DNA of 64,000 bases from Scyliorhinus canicula (Eukaryota): the NCBI RefSeq assembly GCF_902713615.1, contig NW_024055956.1, forward strand, positions 1 to 64,000, read 5' to 3'. Each line of letters begins with the position of its first letter. Position 1 is the stretch's first letter. This document shows positions 1 through 13,000 of this stretch, in pieces. The position numbers and the translations under genes are program-made. Under the pieces are notes generated by a model. It made no database searches, was not told the origin of the DNA, and worked only from the letters and a program-made list of their open reading frames with translations.

Positions 1-1794
1 GCGTGAAGTTTCAGTTGGGGCGCTTGATAGTTACAGGGAAGCGAGGAAGGATCTAAAGAGAGAGCTAAGAAGAGCCAAGCTGAGGACATGAGAAGTCTTT
101 GGCAGGTAGGATCAAGGATAACCCTAAGCTTTCTATAGGTATGTCAGGAATAAAAGAATGACTAGGGTAGGAGTAGGGCCAGTCAAGGACAGTGGTGGGA
201 AGCTGTGTGTGGAGGCTGAGGAGATAAGCGAGATACTAAATGAATACTTTTCGTCAGTATTCACTCCAGGAAAAAGATAATATTGTGGAGGAGAATGCTG
301 AGACCCGGCTATTAGAATAGATGGCATTGAGGTGCGTAGGGAAGAAGTGTTGGCAATTCTGGACAAGGTGAAATAGATAAGTCCCCGGGGCCTGGTGGGA
401 TTTATCCTAGGATTCTCTGGGAAGCCAGGGAAGAGATTGGTGAGCCCTTGGCTTTGATTTTTTAGGTCATCATTGGCTACAGGAATAGTGCCAGAGGACT
501 GGAGGATAGCAAATGTGGTCCCTTTGTTCAAGAAGGGGAGTAGAGATAACCCTGGTAACATATAGGCCGGTGAGCCTAACGTCTGTGTGGGTAAAGTCTT
601 GGAGAGGATTATAAAAGATACGATTTATAATCATCTAGATAGGAATAATATGATTAGGGATAGTCAGCATGGTTTTGTGAAGGGTAGGTCATGCCTCACA
701 AACCTTATCGAGTTCTTTGAGAAGGTGACTGAACAGGTGGACGAGGGTAGAGCAGTTGATGTGGTGTATATGGATTTCAGTAAAGCGTTTGATAAGGTTC
801 CCCATGGTCGGCTATTGCAGAAAATACGGAGGCTGGAGATTGAGGGTGATTTAGAGATGTGGATCAGAAATTGGCTAGTTGAAAGAAGACAGAGAATGGT
901 GGTTGATGGGAAATGTTCAGAATGGAGTTCAGTTACGAGTGGCGTACCACAAGGATCTGTTCTGGGGCCGTTGCTGTTTGTCATTTTATAAATGACCTAG
1001 AGGAGGGCGCAGAAGGATGGGTGAGTAAATTTGCAGACGACACTAAAGTCGGTGGAGTTGTAGACAGTGCGGAAGGATGTTGCAGGTTACAGAGGGATCA
1101 TAGATAAGCTGCAGAGCTGGGCTGAGAGGTGGCAAATGGAGTTTGATGTGGTGAAGTGTGAGGTGATTCACTTTGGAAAGAATAACAGGAATGAGGAATA
1201 TTTGGCTAATGGTAAATTTCTTGGTAGTGTGGATGAGCAGAGGGATCTCGGTGTCCATGTACATAGATCCCTGAAAGTTGCCACCCAGGTTGATAGGGTT
1301 ATGAAGAAGGCCTATGGTGTGATGGCCTTTATTGGTAGAGGGATTGAGTTCCGGAGCCATGAGGTCATGTTGCAGTTGTACAAAACTCTAGTATGGCCGC
1401 ATTTGGAGTATTGCGTACAGTTCTGGTCGCCTCATTATAGGAAGGACGTGGAAGCTTTGGAACGGGTGCAGAGGAGATTTACAAGGATGTTGCCTGGTAT
1501 GGCTGATGGACTTGAGGTTGTTTTCGTTAGAGAGAAGAAGGTTAAGGGGTGACTTAATAGAGGCATACAAAATGATCAGAGGGTTACGCAAAGAGTGGTG
1601 AGGCCGTGGAATGCCCTACCTACAACAGTAGTGAACTCGCCAACATTGAGGGCATTTAAAAGTTTACTGGATAAGCACATGGATGATAAGGGCATAGTGC
1701 AGGTTAGATGGCCTTTAGTTTTTTTCCATGTTGGTGCAACATCAAGGGCCGAAGGGCCTGTACTGCGCTGTATAGTTCTATGTTCTATGTTCTA
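1..1794 (+). mobile_element. CR1-clade LINE 3' portion (RT fragments, frameshifted, with an internal deletion) and short-repeat tail
   Basis: ORFs 587-991 and 1067-1552 give CR1-type RT motifs (QHGFVKGRSCLTNL, YMDFSKAFDKVPH, GVPQGSVLGPLLF, SKFADDTK, LEYCVQFWSPHYRKD). Ends in GGGCCGAAGGGCCTGTACTGCGCTGTATAGTTCTATGTTCTATGTTCTA. Confidence 0.93.
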
Positions 1795-2984
1795 AGTGCA
1801 CCTTATCTAAAAGGTGGTTCACATCCGGCTTCTCAGGATGGACAGTTAATGCTGACTTAGCCAGTGAGGGCTATATTCCGAGAATGAATGTTAAAAACTG
1901 TGCAAAGTGCTGCAGATTCCGGAAATGTAAAACAAAAACAAAACAAAAGGCTGCTCAGCAGGTCAGTGAGCAGAGAGAGGAACAGATTCACATTTCAGGC
2001 ATAATTGTAAAGAGTAGAGCTGCTTTTCCCAGTATCTTGGACCAACATCCGTTCTTGAACTAAAATCACAGATTAGCTGGTCACTTATCACATCTCAGTT
2101 TGTGGGAGCTTGCTGTGCGCAAATTCTCCGCTCTGTTTCCGACATTACAGCAGTGACTAAATTCAGCAAAAATATATCAGTGAGTTTTAAGGGCGTTGGG
2201 ATGACCTGAGGTCGGGTAGAGCGTTTTACAAAAGCAAGCTCTTTCCAAACGTTAACATTTTAAAATGCAAATTGTAATATGTCGACTGATCAGAGATTAA
2301 TGTGACTATAGATCAATCCTCTGCCTGATGTTTTAATCTATCTACTTTAAATCGGTTAATATTTCAATCAAATTAACATTCAGTGGAAAAGTAGCTGGTT
2401 AAAGATGCATTATTAATTGAGGCATCAGAACTTTCAGAATGAATACTTAATTTAAAGTTTTTTTTATTTCAATTAAGTAACATCTGTCCTAATGGAAGTT
2501 TCTATTCATTTTAACCAACTGTCAATATTCCTAAAATAAACCGCTATTTTGAGGTAAAACTGATCAATATGTGAATGTGTTTATCTCGTTTTGCTGACAT
2601 GAACATTTCATTGTGACCAGTGAAGTGTTTATGTAAATAAACTCATAAATAGAAGTCCCAGATTAGATTGCGGACTGAGAAAAGCAAAACAAATGTTTCC
2701 CCACCAACACAGCACAAAAATAGAGCCAAAGATGGAAATAGATCAACGGATTCCAGTAGTGTTTATTTTTCGACATTTTTTTATGAATCAGTTATATGAG
2801 AAAAATGTCATTATGATATCCATGTTCATAATTAGGAAAGATCCCCTCTAATCTCTAAATATAAGAGCATGCAAGTGTGTTCGTAGAATTTTCCTGTATC
2901 CTATCTCTCTCTATATCTTTCTCATATCTGGTTCTATCTCATGTCTCTCCACGAAGGGTCATTGTCTTTAATCGACATGTGGCA

Positions 2985-3132
2985 ACAATAATAACAATTT
3001 TACTGTGAAAAGCCCCATGTCGCCACATTCTGGCGCTTGTTCCGGTAAGCTGGAACAGGAATTGAACGCGCGCTGCTGGTCTTGTTCTGCATCACAAACC
3101 AGCTGTCTAGCCCACTGAGCTAAACCAGCCCT
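2985..3132 (-). mobile_element. tRNA-derived SINE (AGGGGCTGGTTTAGCTCA family)
   Basis: Reverse complement matches the copies at 45769-45943 and 49775-49947 (A-box-like head, CTTTTCACAGTAA tail). Confidence 0.8.
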
Positions 3133-3229
3133 CTCAGCCTGAACTCACCCCGTTGGCTTCCAACTAAATGCACCGAATCCAATGTATTGGAATCCGGCGA
3201 GGGAGTTTTATGCTAAAATGAGATTGGAG

Positions 3230-3790
3230 TATTCAATGATCTTGGGGTATTTAATGAGAACTGTAGAGACAAGTTTCCTCTATATCTGATCTGGGCTGCA
3301 CGTGGTGGTTGAGGATTTGATGTGGCAGGGCAGAAGAATCTTTCCTTGCACTTTATCCAGCTGCCGAGACCTTGGAGCATTTGACTGAAGAGTGTAGAGC
3401 AAGTTTACTTGCATGTAACCTGCACTGAACCTGCCCTGTGTGTGTTTGATATGACTGTACATAGGGAGATTTACTCCGTATCTGAACTGTGCTGTACCTG
3501 ACCTGGGTGGGTTTGATGGGAAAATGCAGAGGTTTCTTACCCTGTAACTAACCCCACTGTCAACCTGTCTTGGAGATCTCTGAAGGAAGAGGGCAGAAGA
3601 GGTTTTACCTGATATAGAACCTTTGGTTTTTCGGCCTTTAATGTGTTTGAGCGAGTTATGTAGAGGGAATTTCATTCTATATCTAACCAATCTGCAGCTG
3701 CTCTGAGAATGTTTGATGGGGACAGTGTGAGGGAGTTTCTCTTTGTCTCCAACCTGTGATGCCCCTGTCCTGCTAGTATTTGAAGGGACA
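3230..3790 (+). repeat. Decayed ~65-bp satellite (…CTGTGCTGTACCTGACCTGGG…GTTTGATGGG…)
   Basis: GTTTGATGG/GTTTGATAT and CTRTATCT motifs recur. Highly diverged. Confidence 0.5.
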
Positions 3791-3929
3791 CTAGGCCCTG
3801 CCGCTGTTTTGTACCAGGCCGTGAGCCCGTCTCTGTTTATGTTATACTACCTTGTACCTTTGTCAGTTTATATTAAATAAGGGCCTATTTATCTTTGTTC
3901 ATATTAAACTAGGCCACAAATTAGAGGAC

Positions 3930-4070
3930 ATGTCTTGATCAACGAGGCATTCAGGAGTTATTGGGAGAAGGCAGGAGAATGGGGATTAGGAACATATTGG
4001 CCATGATTTAATGGCGGAGCAGTCGCGATGTGTTGAATGGCTTAATTCTGCTCCTCCATGTTTTGGACTT
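3930..4070 (+). mobile_element. CR1 3' tail fragment
   Basis: GGAGTTATTGGGAGAAGGCAGGAGAATGGG…GAATGGCTTAATTCTGCTCC, the same tail as the other CR1 copies. Confidence 0.7.
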
Positions 4071-5029
4071 AGGGACCCTGTTTGTCTCTCTTTACATTAA
4101 CCTAGAACCTGACTCTGTTTCTAGTAATTTAAACCTGTCTCTGTTTGTATTACATTAGATACAGCCTCAGCTCTGCGCCGGGCCATGTCTCTTCATATTA
4201 CCCGGCCTCAGTAATTGCTGCGGTAGACCATGCACAGTAATTTGGAAAATGGCTGAGGTGGAAATTGTGAAGATTAAAAAAAACTGAGGGAACAGTGATA
4301 GTCTAAAATTCTTTAGAGAGCAATGCTGATCCATGTCCAGATAAACGTCATACTCTGTCTTGTCAGCACCCTAGATGTGTGTACGTACAACCACAGACCT
4401 CTGATCTTCTTGCAGCCACTTCAAATTGTACAACTGAACTTCTATTGCCTGGGCCTAGTGCAATAAACTAAGGGAATGGAATAGTTGTAATTGTGTAACA
4501 TAAACAAAGGACAATTAAATAAATAACTGAGACAGAAGCTAATGTTACAGCAACTTCATTCTCTTCACAGCAGGCACACAGTAGCTGCATTGTGGAACAT
4601 CGACGGGATGCACTGCAGCAACTCGCCAAGATTTCTTCAACAGCACCTTCCATACCCGAGACCTCCGAGAATCACAAGGGCAACAATCACATGGGAACAC
4701 AATACTCTGCATCCTCCTACTCATACAACTCTCTGGGGTAGGAATTGGTCTTGGGCACCAGCAAAGAGGAAATTATATCTTAAATTTAATTCTGCTGACT
4801 GCACTGAAAATGTATATCAAATGTTGCATAGCATACACTGTATACACTATACATCCGTTGCAGGTTGTTACCATATACTGATTTATCGTCCAAAATATGT
4901 ATTATTATATTAGCTTTCCATCTCAAAGACATCTGCAATAATGCGCCCACAGTAAAAAGCAGAGGTACCATTCAGTGCATTAATAAAAATGCGCAGGTCT
5001 CGGAAAAAGTAGGCTAGAATCAGGATCAA

Positions 5030-5322
5030 ATACAGAATCCGTACAAGATAGAAGGCCACTCGGCCCATTGCATCTGCACCAACCTCTGAAATATCACCCT
5101 CCTCAATCCCCCGCCCTTGCACCATGACCTATGCATCCTTGGACACCGAGGGGCAATTTCGAATGGCCAATCCACCTAACCTGTACATATTCGGACTATG
5201 GGAGGAAACCGGAGCACCTGGAGGAAAGCCACTCAGACACAGGGAGAAAGTAAAAACTCCACGCAAACAGTCAGGAATTGAACCCCGGCGCTATGAGGCA
5301 GCAGTGCTCCCCACTGCGCCAC
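5030..5322 (-). mobile_element. HE1-like tRNA-derived SINE
   Basis: Core GGAGGAAACCGGAGCACC…GGCCAATCCACCTAACC is shared with many copies in the window. Confidence 0.85.
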
Positions 5323-5919
5323 CCTCCGCCGAAGGCATAAGCAGAGACTGGGCCTAGTGCAATATCAACTGAATTCTGGTCTAGCGGAATGCCGATTGAT
5401 ACAAATAGGGACATGATCAATGCAGCAATAAGAGGGATATCGTACAATCCAAGAATAACAGAGGCAGGGCCTAGTATTATATAAACAGGGGCATATACAT
5501 GTGCAGCATTAACTAAAGCAGGATTGTGTTTACTGGAATTTAACTATCTAGTCGAGTAATAACTGAGACCGAACAACTTGTGATGCAAACAGAATGTTGT
5601 TCCAGTTACGATGCACAGACACACGTTCTGATGCTGTAACCATTGTGACGTGTTTCTTACTAGACTAACCAAGACATGGGTCAGTGCGTCATAATTACGG
5701 ATTTGTAATATAAACAGGGTGTGGGCCCCGGATATTAATAACTGATATTCAGCCGAGTGCAGGAAAACTGAGACAGGACCTGCTGTAATGTGATAGAGAC
5801 ACGGCGAGTGTAATGTAAACAGAGGCCGGGGCTGGGTGAATGTAAGCAGAAAATGATATGTTTAAAATGATTTAATGGGATCTTGGAGTCGGCAGTAACG
5901 TCAACATTTGCTGTCAATT

Positions 5920-7260
5920 CCTCATTTCCCTTGAGAATGTGGTGTTGAGCCCGCTTTATGAACCATTAGGGAGGTCCAGGATTTTGACCAGTGACAGTGA
6001 AGGAACAGAGACATAGTTCCCATCAAGGTGGTGTGAGGCCTGGTGGGTAATTGCAGGTCCTGTTGTTACAATGCATCTGCCGGGCCTGGTCCTTTTAGGC
6101 GGCTGAGTTGCTGTGTTGGAAGGTGCTATAGAGGGAGGCAATTGCTGCATTAGTTCCTTGTGCGTCGTTCAAGCTACTAGAATTGTGCACCCGTGATGCA
6201 GGGAGAGAATGTTGAAGTTGGTGGATGGGGTGTTCGTCGAGCCGGCTGCTCTGCTCTGGATGGCGTCGAGATCTCACGTATTGCTTGAGGGGCACACGTG
6301 AGACCAATGGAGATATTCAGTCAAACACCTGACTTCTGCCGTATAGATGATGAATAGAGGTTGGGAAGTCGCGAGGTGAGTTACTCACCGCAGAAGTTCC
6401 AGCCACTGACCTGCTCTTGTAGCCATATTTTTTAAATGTTCAGTTTTTGAGCAATGATAATTCCGAGGATATTGATATTGGGGGAATTCAATCACGGTGG
6501 TATAATTTTAAATCTAGGAGAGACGGTTAGAATCTCGCTTTTTGGGATGGTCATTGCCTGACACTTGCCAGCCTAAGCCTGAATGTTGTCCAAGTTTGCT
6601 GCACTTGAAGACAAACTACTTCAGTATTTGAGGAGTTGAATATGGTGCAGAACATTGGGTAATCATCAGCGAACATCCTCACTTCTTACCTTATGATGAA
6701 GGGTTAAGCTTGGGCCGGGGACACTATCCGAGGACACTATACGTTACTGGATGATCCTTGACACTTTTTATAAAGTTCCTGATGGATCAAAGGCGGACTG
6801 ATCGGGAAATAATTGGCTGGGTTGGATTTATCCTGCGTTTTGTGAAAGGGTCATGTTTGGCAATGTTACACATTGTTGGGTACATGCCAGTGCTGTATCT
6901 GCACTGGAGCAAGTTTTCTGGGGCCCAGCCAGTTATGGAACACAAATCATCAGAATTGTTGGTATAATGTTGCCAGGTCGAATAACGTTTGCAGCGCTGT
7001 CAGCCATTTCTTGATATCGTGTGGAGGGATCTAATTTGCTGAAGACTGACATCCATGATGATTCAGACCACCGGAGGAGGCCGAGATGGATCATCCTCTC
7101 GGCACCTCTGGCAGGAACTTTCAGTCTTGTTTTTTGCACGAACGTGCTGGGCTCCCGCATCATTGAAGAGGGGAATTTTATTGAGGCTCCTGATCCGGCT
7201 ATTTGTTTAATTGTTCATTACTATTCAGGACTGGATGTTGGTGAACTGCAAAGGTAGATC
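5920..7260 (-). mobile_element. Decayed LINE (L2/CR1 group) RT and 3' end remnant
   Basis: Reverse complement resembles the + strand copy at 24540-25760 (CAAGGCACA…GGAGTGTGATGGAA…CACCACCTTCTCAAGG tail family). Confidence 0.6.
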
Positions 7261-8616
7261 CTATCCATTAAAAATAGGATCACAATGATTGTGTGATATA
7301 AACATTGACATGTACTAGTGCAGTGTTAATTGAAACAGAGTGCCGTGTAATGTAAACAGAGACAGAGTCTAGTCTAAAATAAAACAGATGGAGCCCAATT
7401 TAAAATTAACAGAGACAGGGATTGGTGCAGTAATTATTGAGGCAATGTCTGCTTCATGTAATGTAAAGCATCTCGATTTAAATTCCATCTGCTGGCCAAA
7501 CTTTGCAATTGCAGTTACTGTGAAAATATTGCTGTCAGGTATGATCCATGATGTAGATGGGTCAATAATTCATTTCCACAAATGTAATATCACATCGCGT
7601 TCTGCGGAGCTGCTATAATCTAAGGTTTAACTCATTGCAGGTGTTGGTGGCTAATTCTTGCGCAGTGAGGTCAGTGCCAGAGCAAAGCGGCTCAATCCCT
7701 GGTCGCGCGTTTTTGTTCATGTTTGTTAAATGGATGAGTGTTTCCTGGGCCCTGTATGGAGTCCATGGGAAATTTAACATTTACCTTAACGTACATGATG
7801 TTGGGGCGATTTTGTTGCTTCATTATACCAGCTGAAAGACGGTTGGGGCCATTGACTCCAAAGCCTCCAAGGAAGTTAAGATGGGATCTTAAATTGAAAG
7901 GGAAAATGTGGGTGTGCGTGTAAGACAGACAGAATGCTTGTGGGAGAGACTGTGTGTGTCTGTGTTTCGCTGTGGGTGTGCGAAAGCGAATTTTTGCGTG
8001 TCGTTGTGTGAAACAACATTGTGTTGTGTACAACTGGATTTCACTCAGGTCACAGGCATCCGTCTATTTCCAACAGATACACAACAAATATCCAATGATT
8101 TTGACGCAAGTGTTGCACATGAAGCTCCCAATTGTCGTTGTGGGTGTTCATATTCTCGGTTTGTGTCTATTTCGAAGCTGCTAAATCCACTGGTCCTGGT
8201 GGCTCACACCAGCCCACCGGAAGTGTCCCTATTTTTTCATTTTGCTGCTGGTGACAACGAATTTCGATGCTCAATATTTAGGTTTAAGGACATTATGTCA
8301 CACTTTGAAGAAACCTTGAAGTGGAATATTTGGCTTCCCACTGGTTGTGTGGCTCCGGCTGCTTCGCGAAGTGGAAATTCTTTGGTCATGTGACCAACTT
8401 CCATTTGGAGACCACACTAAAACCGTGCAAACCACCTCTTTCTGATTGTTTTGAAGGTCCTTGGAAGCTCTGTCTTTGACAGCAATGCCTCATTTCTGAT
8501 TTTGTCCTGCCAGTAAATATCCATAATGCACTGCGGACAACAAAGATGACATTTTTTGAGCTATTTTTCTTCACAGCTCTAAGTGTTCCTTGTTTCACAG
8601 ACATACGACAAGGTTT

Positions 8617-8950
8617 ATAGAATCATAGAACTTACAGTGCAGAAGGAGATATTCGGCCCATCAAGTCCCTTGGAGAGAGCATCCTACCTAACCCATACCT
8701 CCATCCTATCCCCACATCTCCACCTTATTTCTGTAATCCCATTTCACCTTTGTTGGATACTAATGGCAATTTAGCAGAGCCAATCCCCCTATCCAGCACA
8801 TCTTTGGACTGTGGGAGCAAACCGGAGCACCCGGAGGAACCCGTGCAGACACGGGGAAAACGTGCAGACTCCGCACAAACAGTAACCCAAGATGAAAATC
8901 GAACCGGGAACACTGAAGCTGTGAAGCAACTGTGCTAACCAGTGTGTTAC
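8617..8950 (-). mobile_element. HE1-like SINE
   Basis: CATCTTTGGACTGTGGGAGCAAACCGGAGCACCCGGAGG core plus a CR1-like tail. Confidence 0.85.
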
Positions 8951-8959
8951 CTTGTTGAC

Positions 8960-9900
8960 CTAAGGTTCTGAGAGTTTAGGCCTTATAAACCATCAGCTCG
9001 TTCCAAAGCTTGATGTCATTCCATGGACATTTTAATGAGTCAAACAAAGGTAGTACCTGCTTTCCCCATGTCAGGATCACGTTCTGCGTCAAGGCAGTCT
9101 CTCAACATGGAAACTCGGGAGCAGAATCTGCTCACCGGCTCTTATTTAATGTGGCCATTGGCGAAAGTGCAACACCTTGTCCCACGACCACTGTTTTCCT
9201 CATGCTTATGGCAAGGAAGAACAAGTTACAGGCACTGGGGACAGAGTCCATGAGTCTCTGTAGCTGATGTTTTGTTTGGATGATCGAATTTTCAGCCTAG
9301 AGGAATTCTCTGATGAGGATGTATTGTGATTATGTCTCCATTTTCATTACTGAAAGGTTATAGAGGTTTCAGCCTGACCGGGTGTGCTAGTGGATTTCAT
9401 CCATATCTTCAGGGAAGGCGAAGATCAGCAACTTGAAGAGGAAGCTCCCGAATAGAGTTGGGTCAATGACACGGTCCTCTTTCACTCAATCATTCACTTA
9501 GAATCTGTCGGAAGTGGAATCATCAATCTGTACAATGCAGTGCATTTTGCAATGGAAGCAGTGAATGAGACAGGGAAGCTTTAGAAGGCAGACACGTTTC
9601 CCCAAATCTTATAGTCCCTGTTCTGATGACAGTGTCGAATGTTTATTGAGATTGATGAAAGCAAGTTGAAGAGGTAGACATGTGGTATAGGGAGCAGATC
9701 ACGCCCAGAGTAAATCTTGCGACACAAACACCACACCTTGCTTCCAGCTACATTCGGCCTGCAAGCAGATGAAGTGTTTAAAATGTGAAGCTCGCAACGG
9801 CCTTTCCAGTGCTGCTATGAGTGAGATATGTCAATAGTTGCTGCAGTCTCCTCTGTCCACTTTGTTTTCAGATATTGATTATGATTTTGCATCTTCAATC
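8960..9900 (-). mobile_element. Decayed RTE-clade LINE RT remnant
   Basis: Translating the minus strand by hand across frameshifts gives FINLNK(A)FDTV, PTLFG and LDAERD-like RTE RT motifs. Confidence 0.55.
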
Positions 9901-10050
9901 TCCTGTGGGATGGCTTATATCTTCCAGGAGAGAAGGCGTCGGTTATAAATGTTCATAAAAATAGTAATGATATTCATCAATCTTCATTCAATTATGAATA
10001 TAAATAATTGAATTCACCAATTACCGTCGTTCCAAAAAGATTAGTACAAT

Positions 10051-13000
10051 TTTTTTTTTTTTTATAAATGTTTTTATTCAGTTTTCGTATTTTATATTGA
10101 ACAAATTACAAATTGTTAGGAGAGAGAAAAAAAAAACAAACAAAAACAAACACGCAAAAATTAACATACATATTTACAGGTAAGCATCTTCGTAGTAGTA
10201 ACTGCGCCCCCCCCCCCCCCCCTCAACATGTTTATTTAGCTTGGTTTTGGGCCTTAGCTAGCCATCGAACCCCCGTAACGAACCTGTAGCCCCCCCCCCC
10301 CCCCCTCCCGCTACCTTCCCCCGACTATTCTTCCTCTTGTACATTGGCCACAAATAGGTCCCGGAACAGTTGCATGAATGGCTCCCACGTTCTGTGGAAG
10401 CCGTCGTCCGACCCTCGGATGGCAAATTTGATTTTCTCCATTTGGAGAGATTCCGAGAGGTCGGACAGCCAGTCCGCAGCTCTGGGCGGTGCTGCTGACC
10501 GCCAGCCAAACAGGATTCTACGGCGGGCGATCAGGGAGGCAAAGGCAAGGGCATCCGCCCTCCTCCCCAGGAATAGATCTGGCTGTTCTGAAACCCCGAA
10601 GACCGCCACTATCGGGCATGGCTCCACCCTCACTCCCACCACTTTGGACATTACCTCGAAGAAGGCTGTCCAGTACTCCACGAGTCTGGGGCAGGACCAG
10701 AACATGTGGGCGTGGTTGGCCGGGCCTCTTTGGCACCGTTCACATCTGTCTTCCACCTCCGGGAAGAACCTACTCATACGGGTTCTTGTTAAGTGGGCTC
10801 TATGTACCACTTTTAGTTGCGTCAGGCTGAGCCTTGCGCACGTGGAGGTGGAGTTGACCCTATGCAGTGCTTCGCTCCAGAGTCCCCACCCGATCTCCAT
10901 CCCCAGGTCGTCCTCCCATTTCCTCCTTGTTGCGTCCAGTACGGTGTCGTCCCTATCTACCAGTCGGTCATACATGTCACTACAGTTTCCTTTCTCTAGG
11001 ATACTTGCGTCCAGTAGGTCTTCCAGTAGTGTCTGTCGTGGCGGTTGTGGGTACGTCCTTGTCTCCTTTCGTAGGAAGTTTTTGAGCTGCAGGTACCGTA
11101 GCTCGTTCCCCCCAGCTAGCTGAAATTTCTCTGTCAGTTCGTCCAGTGTTGCGATCCTGTCGTCCGTGTATAGGTCCCTGACTGTCAGTGTCCCCCCGTC
11201 CTGCCTCCACCTTTTGAAGGTGGCGTCGGTCAGTGCTGGTTTGAACCTATGGTTGTTGCAGATGGGAGCCCTGTTCGACATTTTGGTCAGGCCAAGTTGC
11301 TGCCGCAGTTGGTTCCAGGATTGGAGGGTGGCTGTCACCACTGGGCTGCTGGAGTGTTTTTTGGGTGGGGATGGGAGTGCTGCCGTGGCGAGGGCCCGGA
11401 GGGAGGTTCCCATGCAGGAGGCCTCCTCCGCACGCACCCACTCAGCTTCTGGCTCCTGGATCCATCCCCTTACTCGCTCGGCTGTTGCTGCCCAGTGGTA
11501 GAATTGTAGATTCGGGAGGGCTAACCCTCCCCTGGTTTTTGTTTTTTGTAAGACCTTCTTTGGGATCCTAGCATTTTTACCCCCCCATACGAACGCCATG
11601 ATGAGTTTGTCCAGCGCTTTGAAAAAGGCCTTGGGGATGTAGATCGGAATGGATCTAAACAGGAAGAGGAACCTGGGCAGTACGTTCATTTTGATCGTCT
11701 GAACTCTCCCCGCGAGGGAGAGCGGGAGTGTGTTCCATCTTTGCAGGTCCTTTTTAACTTCCTCCGTCAGGCTGGTGAGGTTCCATTTGTGGATCCCTTT
11801 CCAGTCATGGGCTATTTGGATCCCCAGGTAGCGGAATTTATGTCGGGCTTGTTTGAACGGCAGCCCCTTTAGTGCTGCCCCCCCCCCCCCCCCTTGCGGG
11901 TGTAATGGGAAGATCTCACTTTTGCTCATGTTGAGTTTGTAGCCCGAGAAGGCTCCAAACTCTTTCAGGAGCGCGATGATTCCGTCCATGCTGCTTTGTG
12001 GGTCCGAGATATAGAGGAGCAGATCATCCGCATAGAGTGAGACTCTGTGCTCTCTACCTCCCCTTCGGATCCCCCTCCAATTTTTTGCTGCCCTGAGCGC
12101 GATTGCTAGCGGTTCGATTGCTAGTGCGAACAGCAGCGGGGACAGTGGGCATCCTTGTCTGGTGCCCCTGTGCAGCTGGAAGTATTGGGAGTTGGTATTG
12201 TTGGTCTGTACACTCGCCATGGGAGCGTTGTACAGGAGCTTTACCCAAGCTGTGAACCCTGTTCCAAGCCCGAACCGCTCCAGTACCTCTATGAGGTATA
12301 TCCATTCGACTCTGTCGAAGGCCTTTTCTGCGTCCAGGGAGACGATCACCTCTTGTGTTCTCTCCCCGGAGGGGGTCATTATCACGTTCAGCAGGCGCCT
12401 GATGTTCGCGGTCAGCTGTCTACCTTTGACAAAGCCCGTCTGGTCCTCTGTGACCACCTCAGGTACACAGTCTTCTAGCCTTTTGGCTAGGATTTTGGCC
12501 AGTATTTTGGCGTCTGCATTCAGCAGAGATATGGGTCTGTATGACCCACATTCCGTTGGGTCTTTGTCTTTCTTAGGTATCAGCGAGATTGAGGCCTGTG
12601 CTAACGTGGGTGGCAACGTGCCCCTAGCTAGCGAGTCTGTGAACATCTCCCGCATGTGCGGGGCCAGCGCTGTCGCAAATTTTTTGTAGAAGTCCGCCGG
12701 GAATCCGTCCGGTCCCGGCGCCTTCCCCGCCTGCATGGAGCTAATGCTCTCCATGATCTCTCCCAGTGCTAGTGGTGCTTCCAGATCCCGTTTTCTACCC
12801 TCTCCCACAACTGGTATGTTCAGTCCGTCAAGAAACCGGTTCATCCCAGCCTTCCCCGTTGGGGGCTCTGAGGTGTACAGCTCTTGGTAGAAGGCCTTGA
12901 AGGTTTTGTTAATCTTCTCTGGTTCTGTTTCCAACGTGCCTCTGGTATCTCTGATTTGCGCAATTTCTCTGCTGGCTGCCTGCTTTCTCAGCTGGTGGGC

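Noticed and set aside
2265-2272. Perfect octamer ATGCAAAT
   Set aside because: 15 kb from VH in AT-rich DNA; expected by chance.
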